From a virus (Duplodnaviria > Caudoviricetes): a DNA stretch of 51,743 bases. A program made the translations under genes and the position numbers. The stretch spans positions 1 to 51,743 of IMG/VR virus record IMGVR_UViG_3300023106_000005; one strand, given 5' to 3'. Below, in pieces: positions 8,730 through 18,546 of this stretch. The notes under the pieces were generated by a model. That model searched no databases, was not told the DNA's origin, and saw only the letters and a list, made by a program, of their open reading frames with translations. Numbering within the stretch: position 1 is the first letter of the stretch; each line of letters starts with the position of its first letter.

Positions 8730-11054
8730 ATGGCTGATCAATTAACTATTTTAACTCAACAGGTAGCGAATCTAACCACGGCATACAATCAATTAATTAC
8801 ACAAGCTAGATCAATCCCTGAATTGCCACCGCAAACACCGCTTTACACGGGATCTTTATTGCAAGCATATAACGGAAGCATTTCTCAAAAAATTACTGTT
8901 CAGCAAATAATTGATGCTGCTTTATCAGTTCGCCAAAATCAATTATTATCGATTGGCACAATTACAGTTGCCGGAAATGATTTGACTATTCCCGCCGGCG
9001 CAACGTGGTTGATTAATAATGTGAATTATTCGAATCCTTCAAATATTGTTATTAATGTTCCGTATGCTGAAGATGGGAATACAAGAACTGATATTATTGT
9101 TGCTGATGAATTGAATAATATGTATCGCGTGAATGGTCCGGAAACGGGAGGTATATCACCGGCTCCTAATGTACCTTTAAATACTGTTTTGGTTACAACT
9201 GTAAATGTTACTGATGATTCAATTAATGAAACTCCGGCAGTTCCGGGTGTTGAATATAATACTGATGATATCGAAAATGTTTCAACTGTTTTAGGCGCAA
9301 CCGCTAGTGATGCTTTCGGAAATGTAATTACAAGTTACGCTAAATCATCTAAAGGCTTGTTAATAGGTGATTCAACGATAGCAGCTTACGCGGGGGGATC
9401 CGGAATTGAAACATTTTTACTAGAACCTGCTGACGTTTTTCAAGGAAGTACAATTTTAAATCAGGCAGTACCCGGAAACACAATAAATCAACAATTGACT
9501 ATCTATAATGCAGATGCAAACAAAGCTACTTACGATTGGATTATAGTACAGATTGGGCTTAATGATATTTTGCCTACAAGCGAAACTGCTGCAACTGTAA
9601 TTGCTAGATACCAAAATCTTGTAAATACAATTTATTCTACTAAGAAATCTACTGCAAAAATAATTGTTAGTGCAATGTTGCCATGCAAACAAAGATTTAT
9701 TGATTTAGTCGGGGCGGTTGATGGCGCATTAGCACAACAAAAATGGGTAGACATAAATAACGCTATTATGGGAGGTGGTGCAACTCCTGTTATTAATGTA
9801 GATTTCAGAAATAACGATCATGTTTTACCGTTATCTGATGGTAACGGAAATATAGCTAAAAACTATAATGTTGCTTCGGGTGATAATATTCACGAAAATA
9901 ATAACGGTCGAATGATTATTGCTTCGGCAATGCGTAAAACTTTAACTTTAGCCGGATTTTTTAGACCTAAAAGTCAAAATATTTTTTCTAAGTATTTCAC
10001 TAATACCGGTAACAATGTTTATTTGAAAGATGGTATTTTAAATATAGATTCTAAGATAGGCGCAGGAACCGCTGCTTTGTTTATTAGAAATAATGTAAAC
10101 GGTGTAGATCAGTACACGCAATCTACTTACGCAATCACAAAAACAGACTTAAGCGAAACTCAGTATTTTTCTTTAGGTGTTGGAAATTATGGAAATGGAA
10201 CTGCAAGAGAGGAAAACTTTTATTTATTCTATAATAATCCTACTACTGCGGTAAGTTATGACCTTTGGAGAACTGACAAAAACGGAAATTTAACGAATAA
10301 AGGAGCTTTTACCAATGGCGGTAATATTTTTGCGCCTGATGTTGAAATAACCTCGGCAACAAGTAATTTCTCTACTGCTTTAAACCTAAAAAACAACACT
10401 AACCACGCTAACGCTAGAACAGGTATGACCTTGACTAATCAGGCAGGAGAGGCAACCGTATTATACCGTGCAAATAGTGGAGGTTCGACGCTTTATTCTA
10501 CAGCAGGAGATTTTACTATTGCAATGACCACTAACCAAACCAAATTCTTTGCAGGAGGTAACGTAAGTTTTGGTTTTCCGACTGATAACGGAAATAAAGT
10601 GTCAGTTAACGGAAAGATTACAGCAACAGCAGGAACCGCTGCTAGCGATGTGGTTGTCAAAAGTCAATTAGATTTAAAAGCAGATGCAACGGCTTTACCA
10701 ACATCAGGAGGTTATACGCCAACGCTTACAGGAGTATCGAATACTACCTCCATTAGTCACTCGAGTAAAAGTGCCTATACAAAAGTAGGAAACATTGTTA
10801 CATTTAAAGTGGCTTTTTCGATAGTGCCAACGGTCATAAATACTGTGACATCTTTCGATATTACATTACCTATTGCTAGGGCAAACACGGGAACTGATAC
10901 TATTGGATCGGGCTCTATACCAAACACAGGGGCAAATTATTCTTCATGTCTAGCTCAAAGCACAACTACTACAACGGTAAGAGTGTATTTTTATGCTTTA
11001 GGAACAGCATCTTCTCAGGGAGTTATAAATTGTGAATACGACATAACACAATAA
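8730..11054 (+). CDS. Tail fibre/receptor-binding protein with SGNH/GDSL hydrolase domain
   Basis: Blocks LLIGDST, PGNT, QIGLND, DNIH; T/G/N-rich fibre-like C-terminus; start placed at MADQL because the promoter overlaps the longer ORF start. Confidence 0.75.
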   Translation: MADQLTILTQQVANLTTAYNQLITQARSIPELPPQTPLYTGSLLQAYNGSISQKITVQQIIDAALSVRQNQLLSIGTITVAGNDLTIPAGATWLINNVNYSNPSNIVINVPYAEDGNTRTDIIVADELNNMYRVNGPETGGISPAPNVPLNTVLVTTVNVTDDSINETPAVPGVEYNTDDIENVSTVLGATASDAFGNVITSYAKSSKGLLIGDSTIAAYAGGSGIETFLLEPADVFQGSTILNQAVPGNTINQQLTIYNADANKATYDWIIVQIGLNDILPTSETAATVIARYQNLVNTIYSTKKSTAKIIVSAMLPCKQRFIDLVGAVDGALAQQKWVDINNAIMGGGATPVINVDFRNNDHVLPLSDGNGNIAKNYNVASGDNIHENNNGRMIIASAMRKTLTLAGFFRPKSQNIFSKYFTNTGNNVYLKDGILNIDSKIGAGTAALFIRNNVNGVDQYTQSTYAITKTDLSETQYFSLGVGNYGNGTAREENFYLFYNNPTTAVSYDLWRTDKNGNLTNKGAFTNGGNIFAPDVEITSATSNFSTALNLKNNTNHANARTGMTLTNQAGEATVLYRANSGGSTLYSTAGDFTIAMTTNQTKFFAGGNVSFGFPTDNGNKVSVNGKITATAGTAASDVVVKSQLDLKADATALPTSGGYTPTLTGVSNTTSISHSSKSAYTKVGNIVTFKVAFSIVPTVINTVTSFDITLPIARANTGTDTIGSGSIPNTGANYSSCLAQSTTTTTVRVYFYALGTASSQGVINCEYDITQ

Positions 11055-11070
11055 TTTAAATAAATATAAA

Positions 11071-11322
11071 ATGAAAAATTGGACTATTAAAGGATTTTTA
11101 GCGGTTTACATTGTGGTATTCTGCACAATATCAATGGCTTTTCTAGATTTGGCTGAAATGATAACAGGCGCTTTTATTAGTATGCTTAGTGGGGTTTTTG
11201 GATATTACTTCGGATCAACTCAGGGAAAATCAGCACAAGACAAGGCACTTGTAGAATCAAAAACAATTTATTCTGATTCAATAGGAGGATCAACACCACC
11301 CGTAAAAACCGATGAAAAGTAA
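11071..11322 (+). CDS. Holin-like membrane protein (83 aa)
   Basis: Two TM helices, GYYFGS motif; start of lysis cassette. Confidence 0.7.
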   Translation: MKNWTIKGFLAVYIVVFCTISMAFLDLAEMITGAFISMLSGVFGYYFGSTQGKSAQDKALVESKTIYSDSIGGSTPPVKTDEK

Positions 11323-11728
11323 TTTAAAATACATAATATCTTTCTTTTTATTAACTCTTTATGAGATAAATAAAAACCGGAAAAGCTTAATCCTTTTATG
11401 CTTGATTCCTTTATCTGAGATAAAAGCAATCTTTTATGAATCGGATTTGCGTGTTTCCTGGTATTTATTTTCTGATAATAGAAAGTTGTTATGTAATGTA
11501 TTACAGGAATATTCCAATATAATTGTTATTGGCGTAATCCTGTTTTATGCTATTTTCGTCAAATTAGAAGTGATCACCAAACAAATAATTTTATTTTTAT
11601 TCATTATTAACACTTACGACTTTTTGTTTTTGGGATTAATGGATAACAATTATTATTTGTGTAAACTGCCGTTAACGGCTATAACTTACGCATATGCAAA
11701 CAGCAAAATTACTTTTCAACGCGATTAA
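11312..11728 (+). CDS. Multi-pass membrane protein in lysis cassette (138 aa)
   Basis: Several hydrophobic segments; overlaps neighbours. Confidence 0.65.
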   Translation: MKSNLKYIISFFLLTLYEINKNRKSLILLCLIPLSEIKAIFYESDLRVSWYLFSDNRKLLCNVLQEYSNIIVIGVILFYAIFVKLEVITKQIILFLFIINTYDFLFLGLMDNNYYLCKLPLTAITYAYANSKITFQRD

Positions 11729-12002
11729 CTATTGTTTTTACATTTTATATAGTTTTACGTTTATCGATGTTCTAAAAAAGAGCTTATTCCATGAATTCTA
11801 TTTAGATAACGCAACAAATATTGCTCAATTGATACTAACCATCATTGGGGTTTTTTTTGCTTATTATAGGCTTAGAACTTATATTCGTGATTCAAAAACT
11901 AGAAGTAAGATTTTAGAACAGGAGTTAATTGCAAAACAAAATGAAAATTTTGCCGGAAAATGGAATAAAGAATTTATACAACCTTTTAAAAAAAATGAAT
12001 AA
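11694..12002 (+). CDS. Membrane protein, holin/antiholin candidate (102 aa)
   Basis: Two TM segments and charged C-terminus just upstream of the endolysin locus. Confidence 0.6.
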   Translation: MQTAKLLFNAINYCFYILYSFTFIDVLKKSLFHEFYLDNATNIAQLILTIIGVFFAYYRLRTYIRDSKTRSKILEQELIAKQNENFAGKWNKEFIQPFKKNE

Positions 12003-12004
12003 TC

Positions 12005-12058
12005 ATGGATGCAATTACAATAGAAAGAATAAAAGAATTTTTATATATTTGTATATAA
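12005..12058 (+). pseudogene. Orphaned original 5' end of the endolysin gene (MDAITIERIKEF, then LYICI-stop)
   Basis: IERIKEF duplicates IARIKEF at the start of 12807..13337; ATG 2 nt after the upstream stop. Confidence 0.75.
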
Positions 12059-12860
12059 AAAAAATAAAAAATGTTTTATATATACGGAATTTATTCTTCT
12101 GAAAACAATATCATAAGATATATAGGTTTTACTTCAAATCTATATGAAAGATTAAAAGAACATCATAAAGACTTAAAACGTAAAAAGGTTAATACTCATA
12201 AGAAAAAATGGATGTTAAAATGTATAAATAATGGACATAAATTTGATTATATTATTTTAGATAGTTCTGAATCTAAAAGTATAATATACGAATTGGAAAA
12301 ATATTATATAAATAATTACAGTTTAATAACAAAATTGGTTAATGGCACTTTAGGAGGCGATGGTGTAACTATGACTGAAGAAATTAGGAAAAAAATATCT
12401 GTTGCCAATAAAGGAAGAAAAATGACTGAAGAAAATAAAGATAATTTAAGAATCTTAAGACTAGGGACTAAACTATCCGAAGAAACAAAAAAGAAAATGA
12501 GTGATACTCATAAAAAAATTGGCACTAAAATTATTATAACAGATGAAATAAGAAAAAAATATAGCGACAGAATGAAGGGAAGTGTTGTTTTAATGACAGG
12601 TAAAAAGCACACACAAACAACAATAGAAAAAATTAGAAAAGCAAAATTAGGATGTGTTTCTAAGAAAATGAGAGCTGTATTACAGATTGATTTTAAAACT
12701 AAAAATGTTGTTAATACTTTTGAAAGCATTACATTAGCAACAAAAATAACAGGAATAAACAATATACATAGGTGTATTGTAGGAAAAAGAAAAACAGCAG
12801 GAAATTATGAATGGAAATATAAATTATGACGAATTGTCGATAGCAAGAATAAAAGAATTT
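12020..12860 (+). mobile_element. 820-bp homing endonuclease insertion bounded by 21-bp direct repeats (20/21 identical)
   Basis: ATAGAAAGAATAAAAGAATTT (12020-12040) and ATAGCAAGAATAAAAGAATTT (12840-12860); internal TATATTTG promoter at 12044-12051. Confidence 0.75.
12071..12829 (+). CDS. GIY-YIG homing endonuclease with NUMOD3 repeats and NUMOD1-like C-terminus
   Basis: YIYGIY...RYIGFT..L.ERL.EH; repeats MTEEIRKKIS, LSEETKKKMS, GKKHTQTTIEKIR; C-terminal FESI..A...RKTAGNYEWKY. Confidence 0.9.
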   Translation: MFYIYGIYSSENNIIRYIGFTSNLYERLKEHHKDLKRKKVNTHKKKWMLKCINNGHKFDYIILDSSESKSIIYELEKYYINNYSLITKLVNGTLGGDGVTMTEEIRKKISVANKGRKMTEENKDNLRILRLGTKLSEETKKKMSDTHKKIGTKIIITDEIRKKYSDRMKGSVVLMTGKKHTQTTIEKIRKAKLGCVSKKMRAVLQIDFKTKNVVNTFESITLATKITGINNIHRCIVGKRKTAGNYEWKYKL

Positions 12861-13337
12861 CACCCAAAATTTAGGGATTTACTTTTGAAGCAATATATTG
12901 AAGCAAACAATTTACTTGGTAAAGGCGCTAGATTACGATTTGCGTATGTTTATCGTTCAAATGCTTTACAGGATAAATTATATAACCAAAAGCCAAAAGT
13001 AACCAATGCTAAAGGCGGCCAATCAATTCACAATTATGCGATGGCTTTCGATATCGTATTGCTTTATGATAATGATGGCGATGGAAAATTTGAAGAAGCT
13101 TCATGGTCAATGATCCGTGATTTTGATAAAGATGGTAAAGCGGATTGGAAAGAAATTGTTGATTACTTTAAATCTAAAGGTTGGGAGCATGGCGGCGATT
13201 GGAAAAGCTTTAAAGATCAACCTCATTTTCAATTAAAAAAGCCTGATGGATCATCTTATAAATGGCAAGAATTAAAAGCCTTGGTTGATTCCGGAAAATT
13301 TATTTTAGAGAATGGTATTAAATACCCTAAAATATAA
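12807..13337 (+). CDS. Endolysin, M15 family (L-Ala-D-Glu peptidase-like)
   Basis: YRS..LQDKLY, SIHNYAMAFDI, GGDW..FKDQPHFQ zinc-peptidase motifs; EF-hand-like DNDGDGKFE. Confidence 0.9.
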   Translation: MNGNINYDELSIARIKEFHPKFRDLLLKQYIEANNLLGKGARLRFAYVYRSNALQDKLYNQKPKVTNAKGGQSIHNYAMAFDIVLLYDNDGDGKFEEASWSMIRDFDKDGKADWKEIVDYFKSKGWEHGGDWKSFKDQPHFQLKKPDGSSYKWQELKALVDSGKFILENGIKYPKI

Positions 13338-13363
13338 TACAATAAATCGTAAAAATTATATAC

Positions 13364-13397
13364 AAAAAAGCTGTTAAATTATATAACGGCTTTTTTT
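13364..13397 (+). terminator. Intrinsic terminator after endolysin
   Basis: AAAAAAGCTGTTA...TAACGGCTTTTTTT; followed by TACCTTTG promoter (13399-13406). Confidence 0.75.
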
Positions 13398-13430
13398 ATA
13401 CCTTTGTTTTTCATCAAAAACATTTTACTT

Positions 13431-14102
13431 ATGATACAAATAAATCCAAGATCACCCGCGTTTATTCAATTATTAAAATATGCTGCAGTTGCAATTATAT
13501 CTATTTTAATATTCAGTTGGGTAAAAAGTTGTAGTTCCGGACCGACTACATCTAAAACGCAAACTGTAATTGTTCCTGAAAAATCGGGATCATTTGAGCC
13601 TAAAAAACCGGATTCAAAGCCTTTGGAATTTAAAGAAAATCTCAAAAACGAGATAAAAAAAGATGGGACTGTTTATGTTCCGAATCCATTAAATGAAAAG
13701 TTGCTGCAGGAAAACGAACAACTAAAATTAGATTACTCAAAAATGAGTGATTCTTTAAAATCTAAAACCTATGAAAAGGCAATTGAACTAAATACATTTT
13801 CATCCAGGTTTGAAGATAAATTCATGGTATTAAATATTAATGGAACTGTTCGGGGCGAAGTTCAGGAAATCACACCTTCATATACTCGAAAAGAATTTGA
13901 AATCGAAGTAAAACAAAAAGAAAGCATTTTTAGGCTTTTAGCGGGCGCAGAAATCGGAAGCAGTATAATTACACCTAAATTGAATTTTAAAGCAAATGTG
14001 ATGTTTCAGAATAGAAAAGGCGATATAATTAGCACTTCTTACGATACAAATAAAAATGTTTGGATAGGATATAACAAATCAATCTTCAATATTAAGAGAT
14101 AA
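13431..14102 (+). CDS. Spanin-like/lysis accessory membrane protein
   Basis: N-terminal TM followed by KSCS, coiled-coil, beta-rich C-terminus; position after endolysin. Confidence 0.55.
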   Translation: MIQINPRSPAFIQLLKYAAVAIISILIFSWVKSCSSGPTTSKTQTVIVPEKSGSFEPKKPDSKPLEFKENLKNEIKKDGTVYVPNPLNEKLLQENEQLKLDYSKMSDSLKSKTYEKAIELNTFSSRFEDKFMVLNINGTVRGEVQEITPSYTRKEFEIEVKQKESIFRLLAGAEIGSSIITPKLNFKANVMFQNRKGDIISTSYDTNKNVWIGYNKSIFNIKR

Positions 14103-14163
14103 GTTCATTGTTTTTTTGCGTTCATTTAAACTGAACAATTAAATTTAGTGAACAGAATTCTTT

Positions 14164-14198
14164 AAAAACCGCTTAGTTAATTCTAAGCGGTTTTTTTT
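14164..14198 (+). terminator. Intrinsic terminator ending the late/lysis region
   Basis: AAAAACCGCTTAG-ttaatt-CTAAGCGGTTTTTTTT. Confidence 0.9.
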
Positions 14199-14207
14199 GC
14201 GCCTACT

Positions 14208-14280
14208 ATTTATAATCAATATAAATTACGTTTATTTATTTTTTGTTTGTATTTTTTATACAAATGTTTTATTACATTTG
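14208..14280 (+). promoter_or_regulatory. Early promoter: 19-bp palindrome (14208-14226), TGTAT-n5-ATACA site (14248-14262), TACATTTG (14273-14280)
   Basis: All three motifs read directly; recur at other promoters. Confidence 0.75.
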
Positions 14281-14315
14281 TCATTCAATTAGTAATCACT
14301 TAAAAATAAAAAATT

Positions 14316-15029
14316 ATGCCTAATCACATTAAAAACAAATTAAAAGTAGTTGGAACTGTTCAACAAATTCAAGAAGTATTTGAAAAATATAATACTCATA
14401 TTCCTGCCGAATTAAATAAAGCACATGATGGAACTATTATTTGCAAAACTGCCGGAGAAGATTATAGTATTGGTTGGTTCGATCCAAAAAATGGAGAATT
14501 CACACAAAGAGGGAAGGAAAATATAATCGGACTACCCGAAGAATATTCGTTTGAAATTAATCAATCTAAAGATTTATTTCCTTCTTTTGAAAAAATTATT
14601 GCACCGCCTGATTGTGATGAATATAAAGATATTCCGAGCCAACAAGCCGTTTCTAATTCTCCTAATTGGTGGCATACATGGAATTGTAACAATTGGGGTA
14701 CTAAATGGGGTGGGTATTCATACGAAACGGAAACATTTGGAACTTATACTTTTGAAACTGCATGGAGTGGAGTTCCTGATTTAATGGCAGAATTAAGCAA
14801 ACAAAACCCTGAAGTTGAGTTTGAATATACTTATGCGGATGAAGACACGGGCTGTAATGTTGGTAAATTCACTTTTAAAGGAGGTGAAGTTTTAAATACT
14901 TATTTACCTTCAAACTGTTCAAAAGAAGCCTATGATTTGGCATTTGAATTAAGACCTGAAAGAAAAGAAGATTACGTGCTTATTGATGGCGAATATGAGT
15001 ATGTAGACGAAGACGAAACAGAAGATTAA
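14316..15029 (+). CDS. DUF1281/YubB ferredoxin-like domain protein
   Basis: MPNH..N.L, W..W...NWGTKW, FETAWS motifs. Confidence 0.8.
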   Translation: MPNHIKNKLKVVGTVQQIQEVFEKYNTHIPAELNKAHDGTIICKTAGEDYSIGWFDPKNGEFTQRGKENIIGLPEEYSFEINQSKDLFPSFEKIIAPPDCDEYKDIPSQQAVSNSPNWWHTWNCNNWGTKWGGYSYETETFGTYTFETAWSGVPDLMAELSKQNPEVEFEYTYADEDTGCNVGKFTFKGGEVLNTYLPSNCSKEAYDLAFELRPERKEDYVLIDGEYEYVDEDETED

Positions 15030-15047
15030 TTAAAAACAAATAAACTT

Positions 15048-15275
15048 ATGGCACAAATTAAAATTTTAAAAGACGAGATTTTCGAGGAAATCAAAAAGAA
15101 TTACGATCTAAAACAGGTCATTTCAGAAGTTCTTTTCATTCAAAACAACAGCGTTAGGACATTGGCAATTGCTAAATCTGATAAGCTAACCCAATATGCG
15201 GTTATGTGCGTTGTAAAAGATTTTCTGAAAAAGAAAACCATTGAAGAAATGTTTATCACAAGGGCTAAACGATGA
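15048..15275 (+). CDS. Small helical protein, Cro-like regulator candidate (75 aa)
   Basis: Size, early position and HTH-like spacing (ISEVLFIQNNSVRTLA); weak. Confidence 0.4.
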   Translation: MAQIKILKDEIFEEIKKNYDLKQVISEVLFIQNNSVRTLAIAKSDKLTQYAVMCVVKDFLKKKTIEEMFITRAKR

Positions 15276-15407
15276 TTACTCGCATTAATGGAAAATGGAC
15301 TGTTGATGGTAAAAAATACCGTTACATGACCAGGAACGACAAACAAAGGCTTTCTAATTTCATGTTATTCATGAAAGAAGCACATTCAAAAATTAATTCT
15401 AAAAGTC

Positions 15408-15611
15408 ATGGATAAGCAACAATATACCTTAGATCAGTTAAGGCATTTAGCTAAAATAAGATCTTCGCCAATGGATGATTACCTTGATGATTATTATACA
15501 TCGGATAAAGGGATTTTTAAAGAAGGAACAAAAACATTTTTTGATTGGATTGAAGAAATGGAATCAAAAGGAAAGATTAGCGAATTATTAAATCATAAAT
15601 TAAAATCATAA
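15408..15611 (+). CDS. Hypothetical protein (67 aa)
   Basis: TAATG coupling to next gene. Confidence 0.6.
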   Translation: MDKQQYTLDQLRHLAKIRSSPMDDYLDDYYTSDKGIFKEGTKTFFDWIEEMESKGKISELLNHKLKS

Positions 15612-16693
15612 TGAAAAACAACGAAATCGTATTAAAGCAATTGCCTATCATAGTTCACAAATTACAGGATGCCGGAAAAAGTGTTCAAAAAAGAATTGAT
15701 AGTTTAGAACTTGATAAACAAGTTGCTACTGAAGAAACTGTAAAATCAATGAAGGTTTTGCGAGCCGAACTTAACAAAGAAGTAAAAGATTTTGAAGAGC
15801 AAAGAGGTTACATCAAAAGCGAAGTAAATAAACCTTATTTAGAGTTCGAAAATATTTACAAAACAGAAATCACTGACCGATATAAAAAAGCAACTGATTT
15901 GCTAAAAAACAATATAGATACGGTAGAATTCAAAATCAAAAAAGAAAAAGAAAACAATATCAAAGAATATTTCGATGAACTTTGTGTTGCTGAAGGAATT
16001 GATTTTGTAAAATTCGAATCATTAAAAATAGAGGTAAATCTTTCTACTGCTGAAAAGAAATACAAAGAACAGGTTTATGCCTTCATTGAAAAAGTAAATG
16101 ATGATTTAGCACTAATTAAAGCTACTGATTTTGAAGCCGAAATCATGACCGAGTACAAACTTACTTTGAATGCTTCAAAAGCTATTACAACGGTTAAAAC
16201 GCGTAAAGAATCAGAAGCAGCAGAGGAAGCAAAAATTAAAGCTGAACTTATTCAAAACCGTAAAAATGCACTAATTAAGCTCGGTCTAAATTACGTCGAA
16301 ATCACTAATGCTTATGAATATAACGATGATATTTTCGTATCTTTAAGTGATGTAATCAACAGATCTAAAGAAGAGTTTATTAAGATTCATGCCGAGGTTT
16401 CAGCTAAAATTAAATCATCAAAAGAAGTGGAATCCGAAAAAATTGTTCAGCCGGAAACAATAGAGATAAAAGTAGAACTTTTTGAAGTTTCAAAAACCGA
16501 GGGAATAAATCCCGAAACAGGTCATTCAAGAATTGTAAAACCAGTTATTACCGCGCCTATTTCGGCCCCAAAAGTAGAAGTTGTAGAAGAAGAAATTAAA
16601 ACCGCCTCATTCGAGGTAAAAGCAACAATGACTGCATTACGTGGATTAGGGGCTTACATGAAAGAAAACGGAATCGAATATAAAAATATTTAA
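15611..16693 (+). CDS. DUF1351 family coiled-coil protein (recombination module)
   Basis: K..RAELNK....FEEQR..IK.....PY.EFE; directly upstream of RecT. Confidence 0.75.
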   Translation: MKNNEIVLKQLPIIVHKLQDAGKSVQKRIDSLELDKQVATEETVKSMKVLRAELNKEVKDFEEQRGYIKSEVNKPYLEFENIYKTEITDRYKKATDLLKNNIDTVEFKIKKEKENNIKEYFDELCVAEGIDFVKFESLKIEVNLSTAEKKYKEQVYAFIEKVNDDLALIKATDFEAEIMTEYKLTLNASKAITTVKTRKESEAAEEAKIKAELIQNRKNALIKLGLNYVEITNAYEYNDDIFVSLSDVINRSKEEFIKIHAEVSAKIKSSKEVESEKIVQPETIEIKVELFEVSKTEGINPETGHSRIVKPVITAPISAPKVEVVEEEIKTASFEVKATMTALRGLGAYMKENGIEYKNI

Positions 16694-16711
16694 TAATTAA
16701 AAACAAATAAA

Positions 16712-17509
16712 ATGAGTACACAAGTAGCAAACACAGAACCAAAAAAAGCCGTATCGATTGGAAACTTCTTAAACTTTCCAAATACGCAAAAATTTCTTTC
16801 AGATAATCTTCAAGACAATAAAAAAGAATTCGTTAGCAATCTGTTAGCCTTATGCGATGGTGATGCAAATTTAGCAGCGTGCGATCCGCAAAGATTAATG
16901 CTTTGTGCAATGAATGCAACTGCTTTAAACCTACCTTTAAATAAAAATCTTGGATATGCCTATATCATTCCTTATAAAGGTATTCCAAGTTTTCAAATTG
17001 GTTATAAAGGACTTATTCAGCTTGCTTTACGTTCAGGACAATATAAGTTTTTAAATGCTTGTGAAGTTCGTGAAGGTGAAATTTCAAGAAATAAATTTAC
17101 AGGAGAAATTAAGTTTTTAGGAGAAAATGAGGATTCTCCAATTATTGGTTATATGGCTTGTTTAGAACTCACAAACGGATTCAAAGCATCTTTATATATG
17201 ACTGAAAAGCAAATTGAAGATCACGCAATTAGATTTAGCAAAATGTATGCAGCCGACAAACAATATGGAAAAAGAGTAAGTAAATGGAGCGATGCCGATG
17301 CTAGGCCAAAAATGGCTGTAAAAACAGTATTAAAAGGATTACTTGGTACTTATGGTGTATTGTCTACTGAAATGGTAAAAGCTATTTCAGAGGATAATGA
17401 CAATGAGGAAGAAAAACCATCTTCAGGTTCCCGTGGAGGTGAATTTCAAGAAGCTGTAATCGTTCAGGATGAACCAGGGGAAAAAGAACCTGAAAAAGTT
17501 AAAATTTAA
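16712..17509 (+). CDS. recT: RecT family single-strand annealing recombinase
   Basis: AT.LNLPL..NLGYAYIIPY, FQIGYKGLIQLALRSGQY, MAVKTVLK. Confidence 0.92.
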   Translation: MSTQVANTEPKKAVSIGNFLNFPNTQKFLSDNLQDNKKEFVSNLLALCDGDANLAACDPQRLMLCAMNATALNLPLNKNLGYAYIIPYKGIPSFQIGYKGLIQLALRSGQYKFLNACEVREGEISRNKFTGEIKFLGENEDSPIIGYMACLELTNGFKASLYMTEKQIEDHAIRFSKMYAADKQYGKRVSKWSDADARPKMAVKTVLKGLLGTYGVLSTEMVKAISEDNDNEEEKPSSGSRGGEFQEAVIVQDEPGEKEPEKVKI

Positions 17510-17511
17510 TT

Positions 17512-18159
17512 ATGAATTATGAATTAAATAAAAGCATTGTAAACGTGGTATCTTCCGGGAGCCACGGCAATGCTGTTATATATCATGAAAACATATTAAT
17601 TGATATTGGTGTTTCATATAAAATGATAGAACCATTCAAAAAACAACTACAATTAGTTCTTTTAACACACGAACATACAAGTGATCACCTAAATATATCA
17701 TCATTAAAAAAACTGTGTTCAGAACGTCCTTTGTTACGTGTTGCTTGTGGTGAGTGGATGGTAAAGTATTTAGATGGAATAAAAAATATTGATGTTTTAG
17801 AACCCGGAATTATTTACGATTATGGATTATTTAAAATTTCACCTGTAATTTTATATCATGATGTTAAAAATTTTGGTTATAGAATATTTAAAGGAAACCA
17901 TAAAACAATTCATATAACTGATACTTCTCATGTGATAGGAATCGTGGCAAAAAACTACGATCTGTTTTCAATAGAATTTAATTACGATGAAGAAACAGTT
18001 TTTGACAGCATTCAAAGAATTGAATCAAAAGGCGGTTATGCATATCAAAAAGGAGCTATTAACAGTCATTTAAGCCAACAACAAGCAAAAGACTTTATAT
18101 TTAAAAATGCCGGTCCGGATTCAAAATTTATTCGGCTTCATGAAAGCAAAAACAATTAA
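17512..18159 (+). CDS. MBL-fold metallo-hydrolase (RecT partner exonuclease candidate)
   Basis: SSGSHGNA, LIDIG, THEHTSDH, HDV, TDT, SHLS, LHES. Confidence 0.88.
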   Translation: MNYELNKSIVNVVSSGSHGNAVIYHENILIDIGVSYKMIEPFKKQLQLVLLTHEHTSDHLNISSLKKLCSERPLLRVACGEWMVKYLDGIKNIDVLEPGIIYDYGLFKISPVILYHDVKNFGYRIFKGNHKTIHITDTSHVIGIVAKNYDLFSIEFNYDEETVFDSIQRIESKGGYAYQKGAINSHLSQQQAKDFIFKNAGPDSKFIRLHESKNN

Positions 18160-18178
18160 TCAATAAATACAAATACTT

Positions 18179-18544
18179 ATGAAAAACAGAATCACAATTT
18201 TAGGAATCATTTTAATTTCTTTATCATTAACTTCTTGCTATGATTTCAATAGAGACCAAGCCGAAAAAGATGCCCAAAGTGTAGGTAAACAAATTTTGCT
18301 GAAAGCAGAAAGTTCTAAAAAAGCGAAAATTGAAGAAGCTAAAGCCGATTATGAGAGTGCAAAGTTAAATGCTCAGACGCGTATTATAGAAGCTGAGTCA
18401 AAAGCACGCTCAATTAATACCATTAGTAAAGCTATTAAAGAAAATCCGGAGTATATGCAATTTCAATTAATAGAGAGCATGAAAGGCGCTAATAGGATTT
18501 ATATTCCTACTGAAGCAGGTATTCCAATAATCGAAAAAAAGTAA
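18179..18544 (+). CDS. Lipoprotein with coiled coil (band-7/SPFH C-terminal-like)
   Basis: Lipobox LSLTSC; AE-rich coil; IYIPTEAGIPI ending. Confidence 0.7.
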   Translation: MKNRITILGIILISLSLTSCYDFNRDQAEKDAQSVGKQILLKAESSKKAKIEEAKADYESAKLNAQTRIIEAESKARSINTISKAIKENPEYMQFQLIESMKGANRIYIPTEAGIPIIEKK

Positions 18545-18546
18545 TT

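Noticed and set aside
12041-12860. Group I intron in the endolysin
   Set aside because: Only ~30 nt flank the endonuclease ORF on each side, no recognisable P7/catalytic core, and the downstream gene has its own start
14103-14153. Nested GTTCA/TGAAC inverted repeats after the spanin-like gene
   Set aside because: Short stems in AT-rich 3' UTR, single occurrence; no support for a distinct element
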